Of a stretch of 64,000 nucleotides of DNA, positions 33,112 through 42,364 are shown piece after piece; the first letter of the stretch is position 1, and every line of letters begins with the position of its first letter. The notes beneath the pieces are model-generated. The model did not search any database and had not been told where the DNA came from. It worked only from the letters and a program-made list of their open reading frames with translations. The translations under genes and the position numbers were made by a program. The DNA comes from Acidimicrobiales bacterium (GTDB lineage: Bacteria > Actinomycetota > Acidimicrobiia > Acidimicrobiales > VFJN01), in assembly GCA_036275535.1 (NCBI GenBank), contig DASUDP010000085.1, forward strand, positions 14,674 through 78,673. The letters run 5' to 3'.

Positions 33112-34001
33112 GTCGCCCACGATCCGCGGATCGACGGGTGGGCGGGGCGCCACCCGCTGGCCCCCTTCAGCTTGGCGTTCGAGATGCGCAGCGACCTCAT
33201 GAGGGCCTTGGCCGACCGGGGGCTGGCCGCCCGGGCGACACCGGGCAGGGCGTGCGGGGGCTTCACGCCGAGCGCCTCGGCGACCACCAGCCCGGCCTCG
33301 GCTCGGGTCAGCGGCTCGTCGTCGCCCACGTTGTAGATGCCCGCCGGGAGGGCGAGGGCGGCGGCGACGGCGGATCCGGCGTCGTCGGCGTGGATGAACG
33401 AGGTGTAGGCGTCGGGGGCGCCGACGAAGGGGTTGATACGCCGGCGGGCCAGCCCGTTGAAGACCTCGACGTGGTGGCTGCCGGGGCCGTGGAACTGGGC
33501 GAAGCGCAGGACGACACCGCTCCCACCGGCCGCGGTGAAGCGGGCGGTGGCGGCCTCCGCGTGGGCCGCCCCCTCGAACACGCCGCTGTGCTCGAGGGGG
33601 GACTCCTCGGTGATCCAGTCGGCCCCGTGGTCGACGTAGGGGAAGCAGATCGACTCCTGCACGTAGCGGGTGGCCCCGGTGGCCAGCGCGGCATCGACGA
33701 GGTGGCGGGACACCTCGGTGCGGAGGCGCTCGTTGGTCTCCCACGCCTTGGTCCGCGCCGCCTTGGTGAGCGGCGGGATGTTGGTGGCGAGGTGGGCCAC
33801 AGCATCGTGCCCGTCGACGGCCGCCTTCACTGCTGCCGGGTCGAACAGGTCCACCGTCACGGGCGTGGCCCCCATCGAGCGGACCAGCTCGGCCTTCTCC
33901 GGGGTGCGGGCGACGGCGGTGACCTCGTGACCGGCGGCGACGAGGGCGGGCACCGCCCGCGTCCCGACGACCCCGGTTCCTCCGGTGACGAACACCTTCA
34001 T
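33108..34001 (-). CDS. NAD(P)-dependent epimerase/dehydratase-family (SDR) protein
   Basis: MKVFVTGGTGVVGTRAV Rossmann motif. SD GAGGAGG. ATGA overlap with the Rrf2 gene. Confidence 0.85.
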   Translation of the reverse strand: MKVFVTGGTGVVGTRAVPALVAAGHEVTAVARTPEKAELVRSMGATPVTVDLFDPAAVKAAVDGHDAVAHLATNIPPLTKAARTKAWETNERLRTEVSRHLVDAALATGATRYVQESICFPYVDHGADWITEESPLEHSGVFEGAAHAEAATARFTAAGGSGVVLRFAQFHGPGSHHVEVFNGLARRRINPFVGAPDAYTSFIHADDAGSAVAAALALPAGIYNVGDDEPLTRAEAGLVVAEALGVKPPHALPGVARAASPRSAKALMRSLRISNAKLKGASGWRPAHPSIRGSWAT

Positions 34002-34552
34002 GGGCGCTCCTCCTCTGCTGGGGTGTCGCAGCGCGACACCGGTTCGGACCCCTTGCGGCGCTGCCTGCGCTGCACCTCGACCTGCTGCACCCACTCGGCG
34101 CCGGCGACGAGCAGCTCCGACGGGACCGATACGAGGAGCTCGGCCACCAGGTCGGCGACCGTCGTGTCGCGCAGCTCGGACCGCCAGGCGTCCTCGGCCC
34201 GCCACATGGCTCGCGCGATCCCGCACGGGCGGCGATAGAGGCTCGACGGCCCCGCGGTGGGCCCCTGCTGACGGATCTCGCTGCAGCGGAAGGCGGTGTC
34301 GTCTCCATCGACGGCGAGCACCACCTCGAGCAGCGGGATGTGGGCCGGCGGCCGGGCCAGCCGGTAGCCGCCGCGGGGCCCGGGGACCGACTCGGTGATG
34401 CCGGCGGCCGTCGTCGCCTGCAGGTGCTTGGCCAGGTAGGCGGGCGGCAGGTCGTGGAGCTCGGCCAGCTTGGCGGCCGGCAGGGCCTGCCCGGTCGGGA
34501 GGGTGGCCAGCACGGTGCAGCAGTGCAGCGCCCACTCGACCCCTTCACTCAT
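33998..34552 (-). CDS. Rrf2-family transcriptional regulator
   Basis: MSEGVEWALHCCTVLATLP...LAELHDLPPAYLAKHLQ...GPRGGYRLARP is a typical Rrf2 wHTH. Confidence 0.85.
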   Translation of the reverse strand: MSEGVEWALHCCTVLATLPTGQALPAAKLAELHDLPPAYLAKHLQATTAAGITESVPGPRGGYRLARPPAHIPLLEVVLAVDGDDTAFRCSEIRQQGPTAGPSSLYRRPCGIARAMWRAEDAWRSELRDTTVADLVAELLVSVPSELLVAGAEWVQQVEVQRRQRRKGSEPVSRCDTPAEEERP

Positions 34553-34555
34553 CCT

Positions 34556-34588
34556 CACAATCTCGGAGATTAGACCTCCGAGATTGTG
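34556..34588. promoter_or_regulatory. perfect 13-bp inverted repeat spanning the MFS stop codon and the Rrf2 start region
   Basis: CACAATCTCGGAG-ATTAGAC-CTCCGAGATTGTG. The MFS stop (TAA, 34570-34572) lies in the loop, and the Rrf2 ATG is 3 nt from the left arm. Confidence 0.45.
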
Positions 34589-35856
34589 GGGGGCAAGGCC
34601 CCGCTCCCCCGCACGACGTCGACGCCGGCGGTCTCGGGGAGGCGGCGCATGGCCACCAGGCCGGCCACCATGAGCCCCGACAGCAGGAAGATGGCGGTCC
34701 GGGTGGCCACCACTCCGTCGAGCACGCCGACCACGACGAGCCCGAGCGAGCCGGCCGCAACGACGACGGCGAACACGAAGGCCAGCAGCGTGGCCCGCAC
34801 CTCGGTGGGGAACAGCTCGGACAGGTACGACGGACGGACCGCGGCGAGGCCGGCGTCGGCCCCGGTGAGGACGAAGAACCCGGGGGCGAACAGCCACCGC
34901 TCTTCGGTGAACACGAGGGCCACGCCGAGCACCATGACGATGGCGCTCCAGATCACCACGGGTCGGCGCCCCACGCGGTCGCTCAGCTGACCCCCGGCCA
35001 CGTAACCGAGCAGGGTGGCGGGTCCTGCGGCGATGACGATGACCGTGAACAGGCCCTCCCAGCCGTAGCCGTCCTGGGCCAGCTCGGCGGCGTAGAAGAA
35101 GACGGGAGTGCTGAGCACCCCGTGGGTGCCCAGCACGATCGTGATGCGCCACAGGAGCGGGCGGTGGGCCCGGTCGACGTGGGGCCAGAAGGACGTCTGG
35201 ACCCGGGCCTCGTCCTGGGCCACCGTGAAGGCCGCGGTCTCCCGGAGGTTGCGACGGAGCCACGCCACCGCCGCCAGTGGCGGGAGGGCGGCGAGGTAGA
35301 GGATGCGCCAGTCAAGGGGCGTCAGCGGCACCACGACGAGCATGAGCGCCACCAGCCCGAACCCCGTCATGGCGATGATGCCGAGCAGCGTCAGCCCGCT
35401 CCCCCGCCGATCCGGGCGCAGCTCCTCGCTGATGACGATGCCGGCCAACGACTCCTCGGTGGCCAGGAACAGGCGGGCGAACATCTGGAAGACGACGAAG
35501 GACACGAGGCCCCAGGCCAGCGACGTCAGCGCCGTGGCGACCGTGAAGGCGAGGACCGACACGAGGAGCATCTGGCGCCGGCCGAGCCGGTCGGCCAGGC
35601 GCAGGACGGGCATGCTGGCGAGGGCGGCGACCCGGATGATGGCCACGCCGATGCCGAAGGCGGCGACGGTCACGCCGAGGCCCTCGGCGATGGCCGGCGC
35701 GGCCAGGCTCAGGAGCCCGGTGTCGTAGTTCAGGAAGAACCCGACGGCCGACAGCGGGACGAGCACGCCCCACTCGTGCGCGTTGAACCCGAAGCGCAGG
35801 TCCGGCCCGTGCTCCGGCTCCGCCTCCGGGACCGGCATCCCCCCCAGATCCGACAT
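34570..35856 (-). CDS. MFS transporter
   Basis: About 12 TM segments, with the LADRLGRR motif between TM2 and TM3. The start is uncertain (ATG 35856, or 35838 or 35907). Confidence 0.85.
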   Translation of the reverse strand: MSDLGGMPVPEAEPEHGPDLRFGFNAHEWGVLVPLSAVGFFLNYDTGLLSLAAPAIAEGLGVTVAAFGIGVAIIRVAALASMPVLRLADRLGRRQMLLVSVLAFTVATALTSLAWGLVSFVVFQMFARLFLATEESLAGIVISEELRPDRRGSGLTLLGIIAMTGFGLVALMLVVVPLTPLDWRILYLAALPPLAAVAWLRRNLRETAAFTVAQDEARVQTSFWPHVDRAHRPLLWRITIVLGTHGVLSTPVFFYAAELAQDGYGWEGLFTVIVIAAGPATLLGYVAGGQLSDRVGRRPVVIWSAIVMVLGVALVFTEERWLFAPGFFVLTGADAGLAAVRPSYLSELFPTEVRATLLAFVFAVVVAAGSLGLVVVGVLDGVVATRTAIFLLSGLMVAGLVAMRRLPETAGVDVVRGSGALPPTISEV

Positions 35857-35909
35857 CAGGGCACGTTCCACACGGGAGGTCCCTGCACCTGCTCGGCCGA
35901 GCGGCAACG

Positions 35910-36566
35910 ATGGGCGCCGTGACGACCGGCGTTCCGTCCGAACCCGACCTGCGGGGGTTCTCCCCCGCCGCTCGCCGAGCGGTGGCGCTCGCCGAGCGCG
36001 AGGCCCGGTCGCTGGGCCACGGACGGGTTGGGACCGAGCACCTCCTGCTCGGCCTCCTCGCCGCCGAGGACGGCACCGCCGACGAGGCGCTGCGGACGGC
36101 CGGCGCCTCCCTCACTGCCCTGCGCCGCAAGGTCATCGAGGCGGTGGGCCCGGGCACGGCGGACGGGGCGGCGCCGGGTTGGACGGCGCGAGCCGGCCGA
36201 GCCCTCGGCCGGGCGCCGCGCTTCGCCCGGGACGCAGGGGGTGACCTCGTCGCCCCCGACCACGTGCTCCTCGGGGTCCTCGACGTCGAGGGCACGGCCG
36301 GACAGGTGCTGCGGGGGCTGGGCGTCGACCTCGAGGCCCTGCGGTCGGGCCTCCACGGCGCAGGCAACGAGGCCACCGGCGAGGCCGCCCCTGAGCCGCC
36401 GGCTGCCTCGCGGCCGCCGGCGGTGCCGGCCCACTGCCCGACCTGTCACGACCCGGTGGCCGGTGGTCTCCAGAGCAGCGAGGTCCCCCTGCGCGGCCCC
36501 GCCGAGCGGCGGGTCGTCGTGGTCGTGTCCTGCCCCGCCTGCGGCACCGTCCTCGGCGTCGTCTGA
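35910..36566 (+). CDS. Clp N-terminal (R) domain protein with a C-terminal CxxC...CxxC zinc-ribbon-like tail
   Basis: FSPAARRAVALAEREARSLGHGRVGTEHLLLGLL and a second repeat VAPDHVLLGVLDVEGTAGQVLRGLGV. The tail is HCPTCH...SCPACG. Confidence 0.75.
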   Translation: MGAVTTGVPSEPDLRGFSPAARRAVALAEREARSLGHGRVGTEHLLLGLLAAEDGTADEALRTAGASLTALRRKVIEAVGPGTADGAAPGWTARAGRALGRAPRFARDAGGDLVAPDHVLLGVLDVEGTAGQVLRGLGVDLEALRSGLHGAGNEATGEAAPEPPAASRPPAVPAHCPTCHDPVAGGLQSSEVPLRGPAERRVVVVVSCPACGTVLGVV

Positions 36567-36578
36567 CGGGCCCGGCGG

Positions 36579-37604
36579 TCAGCCACCGGAGATGTCCTGG
36601 ACCCGCTGCTTGCCGGCGGAGATCCAGGGCATCATCGCCCGCAGCTCCTCGCCGACCTTCTCGATCTGGTGCTGGGCGCCCTTCTGCTGCAGCGCCTTGT
36701 AGTTGGCCCGGCCGCTCTCGGACTCGTGGACCCACTCCTCGGCGAAGCGGCCGTCCTGGATCTCGTCGAGCACCTTGCGCATCTCGGCCTTCACGGCGGC
36801 GTTGATGATGCGGGGGCCCCGGGTGAGGTCGCCGTACTCGGCCGTGTCGGAGATCGAGTAGCGCATGCCGGCGATGCCCTGCTCGTACATCAGGTCGACG
36901 ATGAGCTTCAGCTCGTGGAGGCACTCGAAGTAGGCCGACTCGGGCTGGTAGCCCGCCTCGACGAGGGTCTCGAAGCCGGCCTGCACCAGTGCCGTCAGCC
37001 CCCCGCAGAGGACGACCTGCTCGCCGAAGAGGTCCGTCTCGGTCTCCTCCTCGAAGGTGGTCTCGAGGACGCCGGCCCGGGTGCCGCCGATGGCGTCGGC
37101 GTAGGACAGGGCGAGGTCGCGGGCCTTGCCCGAGGCGTCCTGGTGGACGGCGATGAGGCACGGCACGCCGCCGCCCTCGGTGTAGGTGCGGCGGACGAGG
37201 TGGCCGGGGCCCTTGGGGGCGACCAGCGCCACGTCGACGTCGGCCGGCGGCACCACCTGGTTGAAGCGCACGCTGAAGCCGTGGCCGACGAAGAGGGCGT
37301 CGCCGGACGACAGATTGGGGGCGATGTGCTCGTTGAAGATCGCCTTGTGCTCGGTGTCGGGCCCCAGGAGCATGATGAGGTCGGCCTCGGCGGCGGCGTC
37401 GGCCACCGAGAGCACCCGGAGCCCGGCCGCTTCGGCCTTGGCCACGGACGACGAGCTGCCCCGCAGGCCCACCCGCACGTCGACCCCCGACTCCTTGAGG
37501 TTCAGGGCATGGGCGTGCCCCTGCGAGCCGTAGCCGATCACGGCGACCTTGCGGCCGGCGATGAGCGAGCTGTCGGCGTCCTTCTCGTAGTACACGTTGG
37601 CCAT
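36579..37604 (-). CDS. ilvC: ketol-acid reductoisomerase
   Basis: [11 protein letters not shown]...[21 protein letters not shown]. Start at ATG 37604 with SD GAAGGA. Confidence 0.97.
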   Translation of the reverse strand: MANVYYEKDADSSLIAGRKVAVIGYGSQGHAHALNLKESGVDVRVGLRGSSSSVAKAEAAGLRVLSVADAAAEADLIMLLGPDTEHKAIFNEHIAPNLSSGDALFVGHGFSVRFNQVVPPADVDVALVAPKGPGHLVRRTYTEGGGVPCLIAVHQDASGKARDLALSYADAIGGTRAGVLETTFEEETETDLFGEQVVLCGGLTALVQAGFETLVEAGYQPESAYFECLHELKLIVDLMYEQGIAGMRYSISDTAEYGDLTRGPRIINAAVKAEMRKVLDEIQDGRFAEEWVHESESGRANYKALQQKGAQHQIEKVGEELRAMMPWISAGKQRVQDISGG

Positions 37605-37614
37605 CAGGGGTCCT

Positions 37615-38145
37615 TCAGGAGGCTCGCGCCGACCGGAGCCGGCTGGTGGTGTTGTCGATCTTGGGGAGGGCCACGCGCCCGGTGCGCTGCAGCTCGACGA
37701 TGCCGTAGGGCCGCAGCAGCTCCTCGAAGTCATCGAGTTTGTCGGGATGCCCCTCCAGGGACAAGGTGAGCCGGTCGTGCCCGACGTTCAGGATGCGGCC
37801 CTCGAACACGTCGACCAGCTCGATGACCTGCCCTCGCCCCTCGGGCGGGGCCGAGACGGTCACGAGCAGCAGTTCCCGCTCGACCGCGTCGCGGGGGTCG
37901 AGCTCGGTGATCTTGACCACGTTGATGAGCTTGAAGAGCTGCTTGGTGATCTGCTCGATCGGGGCCGAGGCGGCGTCGACGGCGATGGTGATGCGGCTTA
38001 GTGCCTCGTCCTCCGTGGGGGCGACGGCGAGGGAGATGATGTTGAACCCGCGCCGGGCGAAGAGGCCCGACACCCGGGCCAGCACGCCGGCCTTGTTCTC
38101 GACGAGGACGGACAGGATGTGGTGGGTGGCACCGGTGTCGCTCAC
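37615..38145 (-). CDS. ilvN: acetolactate synthase small (regulatory) subunit
   Basis: [33 protein letters not shown] (ACT domain). GTGA overlap with ilvB. Confidence 0.95.
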   Translation of the reverse strand: MSDTGATHHILSVLVENKAGVLARVSGLFARRGFNIISLAVAPTEDEALSRITIAVDAASAPIEQITKQLFKLINVVKITELDPRDAVERELLLVTVSAPPEGRGQVIELVDVFEGRILNVGHDRLTLSLEGHPDKLDDFEELLRPYGIVELQRTGRVALPKIDNTTSRLRSARAS

Positions 38146-39899
38146 TGCACGAAGTCCTCTCCGAGGGCGGGGTCGGTGATGATGTCGTCGTTGGTCTTTC
38201 CGGCCGGGACCATGGGGAACACCTTCTCCGACGAGTCGGTGCGGAAGTCGATGACGACGGGCCGGTCGTCGATCTCGTTGGCCTTCTGGATGGCCGACTG
38301 GACCTCCTCGGGCGAGTCGATCCGCATCCCGACGCAGCCCATGGCCTCGGCCCAGAGCTTGTAGTCGGGCAGGTCGGGCGACAGGTACACCTCGGAGTAG
38401 CGCTCCTCGTAGAACATCTCCTGCCACTGGCGGACCATGCCGAGGTAGGCGTTGTTGAGGATGGCGATCTTCACCGGGATGCGCTCGGCGGCGGCCGTGA
38501 CCAGCTCCTGGGCGGTCATCTGGAAGCAGCCGTCGCCGTCGACCGCCCAGACCATGGCGTCGGGGCGTCCGACCTTGGCGCCGATGGCGGCGGGCACGGC
38601 GAAGCCCATCGTGCCGAGCGCCCCGGAGTTCACCCAGGTGTAGGGCTGGTTGAACCTCCAGTACTGGGACGTCCACATCTGGTGCTGCCCGACGCCCGAG
38701 GCGACGATCGTGTCCGCGGGGGTGTTGTCGCGGAGCTGCTCCAGCACGTACTGCGGCTTGAGGGCGTCGCCGGGCTCGGAGGGCTTGTAGGAGAGGGGGT
38801 GGGTCTCCTGCCACCCGGAGATGGTCTGCTTCCACTCGCTGCGGTCAGGGGCAGCCTCGCCTGAGTCGAGCATGCGGCGCAGGACGGCGACGAGCTCGTC
38901 GATGACGAGGCGGGCGTCGCCCACGATCGGCACGTCGGGCTGACGAACCTTCCCCAGCTCGGCCGGGTCGATGTCGACGTGGATGATCTTGGCTTCCGGC
39001 GCGAAGCCGTCGAGCTTGCCGGTGACCCGGTCGTCGAAGCGGCTGCCGAGGGCGATGAGGAGGTCGGCCCGCTGCATCGAGGTCACGGCGGTGTAGTTGC
39101 CGTGCATGCCCGGCATCCCGAGGCAGAGCCGGTGGTCGTCCGGAAAGGCGCCGCGGGCCATGAGGGTGGTGACGACGTGGATGTCGCACAGCTCGGCCAG
39201 CTCGAGCAGCGCCTCGGCCGCCCGGGCCTTGAGGATGCCGCCACCGGCGTAGATGACGGGGCGGTGGGAGCGCAGGATGAGCTCGGCCGCCTCGCGGATC
39301 TTGCGGGGATGGCCCTTGGTGGTGGGCCGGTAGCCGGGAAGCCCCTCGCGCACCTCGGCATCGTCGGGCCAGTACCACTCCATCGCCGAGTTCGGGTTCA
39401 TGGCGTCGACGATGTCCTTCGGGATGTCGAGCAGCACCGGGCCCGGCCGCCCGGTGGTGGCGATGTGGAACGCCTCCCGCACCGCCCGGGGGATGTCCTG
39501 GGCCGAGGTGACGAGCTCGTTGTGCTTCGTGACCGAACGGGTGATGCCGATCGTGTCGCACTCCTGGAAGGCGTCCGTGCCGAGCGAGGCCCGGGCCACC
39601 TGGCCGGTGATGACGACCATGGGGATGGAGTCCATGTAGGCGTCGCAGAGCGGCGTGACGATGTTGGTGGCCGCCGGCCCGGAGGTGACCATGGCGACAC
39701 CCGGACGCCCGGTGACGTGAGCGTAGCCCTCGGCCATGTGCCCCGCCCCCTGCTCGTGGCGGACGAGGATGTGGCGGATCGGGCTGTCGAGGAGCGGGTC
39801 GTACACGGGGAGAATGGCGCCGCCGGGCAGCCCGAAGATCGTGTCGACGCCCTCCATCTCGAGGGCCTTGATCAGTGCCTGTGAGCCGCTGAGCTGCAT
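38142..39899 (-). CDS. ilvB: acetolactate synthase large (catalytic) subunit
   Basis: [31 protein letters not shown]... and ThDP motif [17 protein letters not shown]...DGDGCFQM. The upstream part of the 766-aa ORF is leader, not coding. Confidence 0.97.
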   Translation of the reverse strand: MQLSGSQALIKALEMEGVDTIFGLPGGAILPVYDPLLDSPIRHILVRHEQGAGHMAEGYAHVTGRPGVAMVTSGPAATNIVTPLCDAYMDSIPMVVITGQVARASLGTDAFQECDTIGITRSVTKHNELVTSAQDIPRAVREAFHIATTGRPGPVLLDIPKDIVDAMNPNSAMEWYWPDDAEVREGLPGYRPTTKGHPRKIREAAELILRSHRPVIYAGGGILKARAAEALLELAELCDIHVVTTLMARGAFPDDHRLCLGMPGMHGNYTAVTSMQRADLLIALGSRFDDRVTGKLDGFAPEAKIIHVDIDPAELGKVRQPDVPIVGDARLVIDELVAVLRRMLDSGEAAPDRSEWKQTISGWQETHPLSYKPSEPGDALKPQYVLEQLRDNTPADTIVASGVGQHQMWTSQYWRFNQPYTWVNSGALGTMGFAVPAAIGAKVGRPDAMVWAVDGDGCFQMTAQELVTAAAERIPVKIAILNNAYLGMVRQWQEMFYEERYSEVYLSPDLPDYKLWAEAMGCVGMRIDSPEEVQSAIQKANEIDDRPVVIDFRTDSSEKVFPMVPAGKTNDDIITDPALGEDFVQ

Positions 39900-39921
39900 T
39901 GCTTCGGGGTCCCTTCCCTGC

Positions 39922-39954
39922 AAAACGACGACGACCTCCCGGCTGGGAGGTCGT
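39922..39954 (-). terminator. terminator-like hairpin in the ilvB leader (candidate attenuator)
   Basis: Minus strand reads ACGACCTCCC-AGCC-GGGAGGTCGT followed by CGTCGTTTTG. The stem is 10 bp and the U-tract is interrupted. Confidence 0.5.
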
Positions 39955-39985
39955 GGGAGCGCACGCGCGACGGGTCGCGGGTGCG

Positions 39986-40021
39986 CTAGGTGATGATTAC
40001 CAGGATCGACGGACGAACCAC
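39986..40021 (-). CDS. candidate ilv leader peptide [11 protein letters not shown] (GTG start)
   Basis: Minus strand reads GTG GTT CGT CCG TCG ATC CTG GTA ATC ATC ACC TAG. The stop abuts GC hairpin 39959-39986. TACACT lies 6 nt upstream of the GTG, a possible leaderless arrangement. Confidence 0.45.
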   Translation of the reverse strand: MVRPSILVIIT

Positions 40022-40125
40022 GCTGGGAGTGTACCCCTGGCCTGCCCGGCGGGAGCAAGCCGGGCCCGCAGCGCGGTGCCACCGGGACGCCCGCGGCAGG
40101 AACCCCGCCGCAGCACGGCGAATCA

Positions 40126-40479
40126 ATGGCCATGACGGGCGCCAGAACCACCACCAAGGTCGCCACCGCCGTCCTCGGCGCGCTGCTCGCCCTGCTCCTC
40201 GTGAGCGGGCCGATCAGCGCCCCGGCGGGCGCCCAGGCGAGCGATCCTGGCGACTGCGCCGCCGCCTCCTCGGGCTCCGGGTCGTGCACCGGGGGCGGCG
40301 GGGGCGGCTCGGCCGAGGTCCTCGGCGCCCAGGCCGCGCGCGACGCCCCGCCCCACGGCACGAGCTCCGGCGGCGGCCTGCTGCCGAAGACGGGTACCGA
40401 GATCATCGCCCTCGTTCTCCTCGGAGCCGCGCTGACGGGCATCGGCCTCGGCGTGCGGAAGGCCGCGCGGCAGGCCTGA
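40126..40479 (+). CDS. small LPXTG-anchored surface protein
   Basis: 117 aa with a signal peptide ending APAGAQA, a short Gly/Ser-rich mature part with 2 Cys, then LPKTG, a hydrophobic segment and an RKAARQA tail. Confidence 0.75.
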   Translation: MAMTGARTTTKVATAVLGALLALLLVSGPISAPAGAQASDPGDCAAASSGSGSCTGGGGGGSAEVLGAQAARDAPPHGTSSGGGLLPKTGTEIIALVLLGAALTGIGLGVRKAARQA

Positions 40480-40480
40480 G

Positions 40481-42364
40481 GTGGCGGTGGCCAGCCGGGG
40501 CCGGCGGGTCCGGGCCGGCGCCATCCTGATCGCCGCGGCCGTCGTGGCCGGCGCGCTCGTCCTGGCCTGGGCGGCGTGGGACCTCCACCAGATCCGCCGT
40601 GACCTTGCCGTCGGGGGCGGCCGGCTCAGCTCCCTCTCCCTGGAGGGCGAGGGCATCGGCGCGTCGGCGGCATCCGCCGCGGTCCGGCTCGATCGGGCCG
40701 ACCGCCGAGCCCGGACGAGCGTCGCCCTCGGGCTGCTCGGCCACCTGCCCGGGGCCGACCACCAGGTGGCTGAGGTGCGGGCCCTGACGGCGGCGACGGC
40801 ACGACTCGGCGAGGCCGCCCACCGCGCCAGCGCGCGGGTCGACGCCGCGCTGGCCGAGGCCGGGCGCCCCGGCGGGCGGGTCCGCCTCGTCGACGTCGTC
40901 GAGCAGGAGGCCGCCACCTTGCAGGCCGCCGTCGCCCGCACCGACCTCGGGCCCGGCGGGGGGCTGGTGGGCCCGCTGGGCGACGCCCGCCGCAACCTCG
41001 ACCGCGCCCTCGACGCCGGCGCCGACCACCTGGCCGCGGCCCGCCGTGTGCTGGACCCCCTGCGCCAGCTCCTGGCCGGGCCGCACACCTACCTGCTCCT
41101 GGCCGCCAACAACGCGGAGATGGCGGGCGGCGCGGGGCTGGCCCTCAGCGCCGGCCGCCTGACCTTCGAGGACGGCCAGCTGCACCTCGGGGCGATGGTG
41201 CCGGCGGGCGACCTGCGCTCCGGCCAGCGGGTGGATGCGCCGCTGGCCCTGCGCCAGGTCTACGAGAGCACGGGCGTCGGCCTCGACCTGCGCTCCACGA
41301 CCCGCTCGCCCGACCTGACGGCCACGGGGCCGGTCGCCGTCGAGCTGGCCGAGGCCAACGGGTGGGGCCCGATCGACGGGGTGATCGTGGTCGACGCCGT
41401 CGCCCTGCGGGACCTGCTGGAGGTCACCGGGCCCGTCACCGTGGACGGCTTCCGGGTCGACGCCCGCAACGTCCTGGACGAGGTGCTCCACCAGGCGTAC
41501 CGGCGGGCCGACGTCACCGGCGACCAGGACCTCCGCACCGACCACCAGAGCGAGATCGCCCGGGCCGTCGTGGAGGCGCTCGAGCAGCGGGCGCCGTCGC
41601 CGTCGGCGCTCCTGGCCGCGCTCGTGGACAGCCGCCGCGCCCGCCACCTCCTGGCGTGGTCGGCCGACCCCGACCTGCAAGCCGCCTGGGACGCGCTCGG
41701 GGTCTCCGGCCGGCTACCGGAGGACGGGCTGCTCATCTCCTTCCAGAACCACGGCGCCGACAAGCTGGACTGGTACCTCCGGCCCACCGCCCGCCTCGAC
41801 GTCACGCCGACCGACGACGGTGCCTTCCGGGCCCGGCTCACGATGACGATGGACGTGCCGAGCCGCCAGGAGATCCCCGACGCCTCGCCCTACATCCTCG
41901 GCCCCACGCCCGACGACCACGGCGTGCTGCTCACCGTCCACCTCCCCGCCGCCGCCCACGACATCGCCACCACCGACCCCGAGGGGTTCCACCGCGCCGG
42001 CATCGACGGCGGGCTGCCCGTGCGCACCTTCCTGGCCGAGGTGCCCGCCGGGGCGCGCTTCGAGCGGACCATCGAGTTCACCCTCCCGGCCAGCACGACC
42101 TCGCTGGCCCTCGTCCCCTCGGCGCGCGTGGCGCCGCTGCCGATCACCATCGACGGGGTCGTCACGGTCGACGACGGCATGCCCCGCCGCATCACGTGGT
42201 TGGCCGCGCTGCGGGCCCTGCACCCGGCGGATCCCGGACCGCTGGCTCGAGCCGGCGTGGCGGCGGGGTTGGTGGCCGTCGGCGCGTCGCTGCCGCTCCT
42301 CGGCCGGGCCGGCCTGGCCGCGGTGTGCCCGCGGCGACGCCGGGCTGGCGTCAGGCCTCGGTGA
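40481..42364 (+). CDS. DUF4012-like membrane-anchored protein
   Basis: N-terminal TM segment and the [20 protein letters not shown] motif that I associate with DUF4012. It also has a C-terminal hydrophobic segment and overlaps the ilvD 3' end by 14 nt (convergent). Confidence 0.7.
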   Translation: MAVASRGRRVRAGAILIAAAVVAGALVLAWAAWDLHQIRRDLAVGGGRLSSLSLEGEGIGASAASAAVRLDRADRRARTSVALGLLGHLPGADHQVAEVRALTAATARLGEAAHRASARVDAALAEAGRPGGRVRLVDVVEQEAATLQAAVARTDLGPGGGLVGPLGDARRNLDRALDAGADHLAAARRVLDPLRQLLAGPHTYLLLAANNAEMAGGAGLALSAGRLTFEDGQLHLGAMVPAGDLRSGQRVDAPLALRQVYESTGVGLDLRSTTRSPDLTATGPVAVELAEANGWGPIDGVIVVDAVALRDLLEVTGPVTVDGFRVDARNVLDEVLHQAYRRADVTGDQDLRTDHQSEIARAVVEALEQRAPSPSALLAALVDSRRARHLLAWSADPDLQAAWDALGVSGRLPEDGLLISFQNHGADKLDWYLRPTARLDVTPTDDGAFRARLTMTMDVPSRQEIPDASPYILGPTPDDHGVLLTVHLPAAAHDIATTDPEGFHRAGIDGGLPVRTFLAEVPAGARFERTIEFTLPASTTSLALVPSARVAPLPITIDGVVTVDDGMPRRITWLAALRALHPADPGPLARAGVAAGLVAVGASLPLLGRAGLAAVCPRRRRAGVRPR

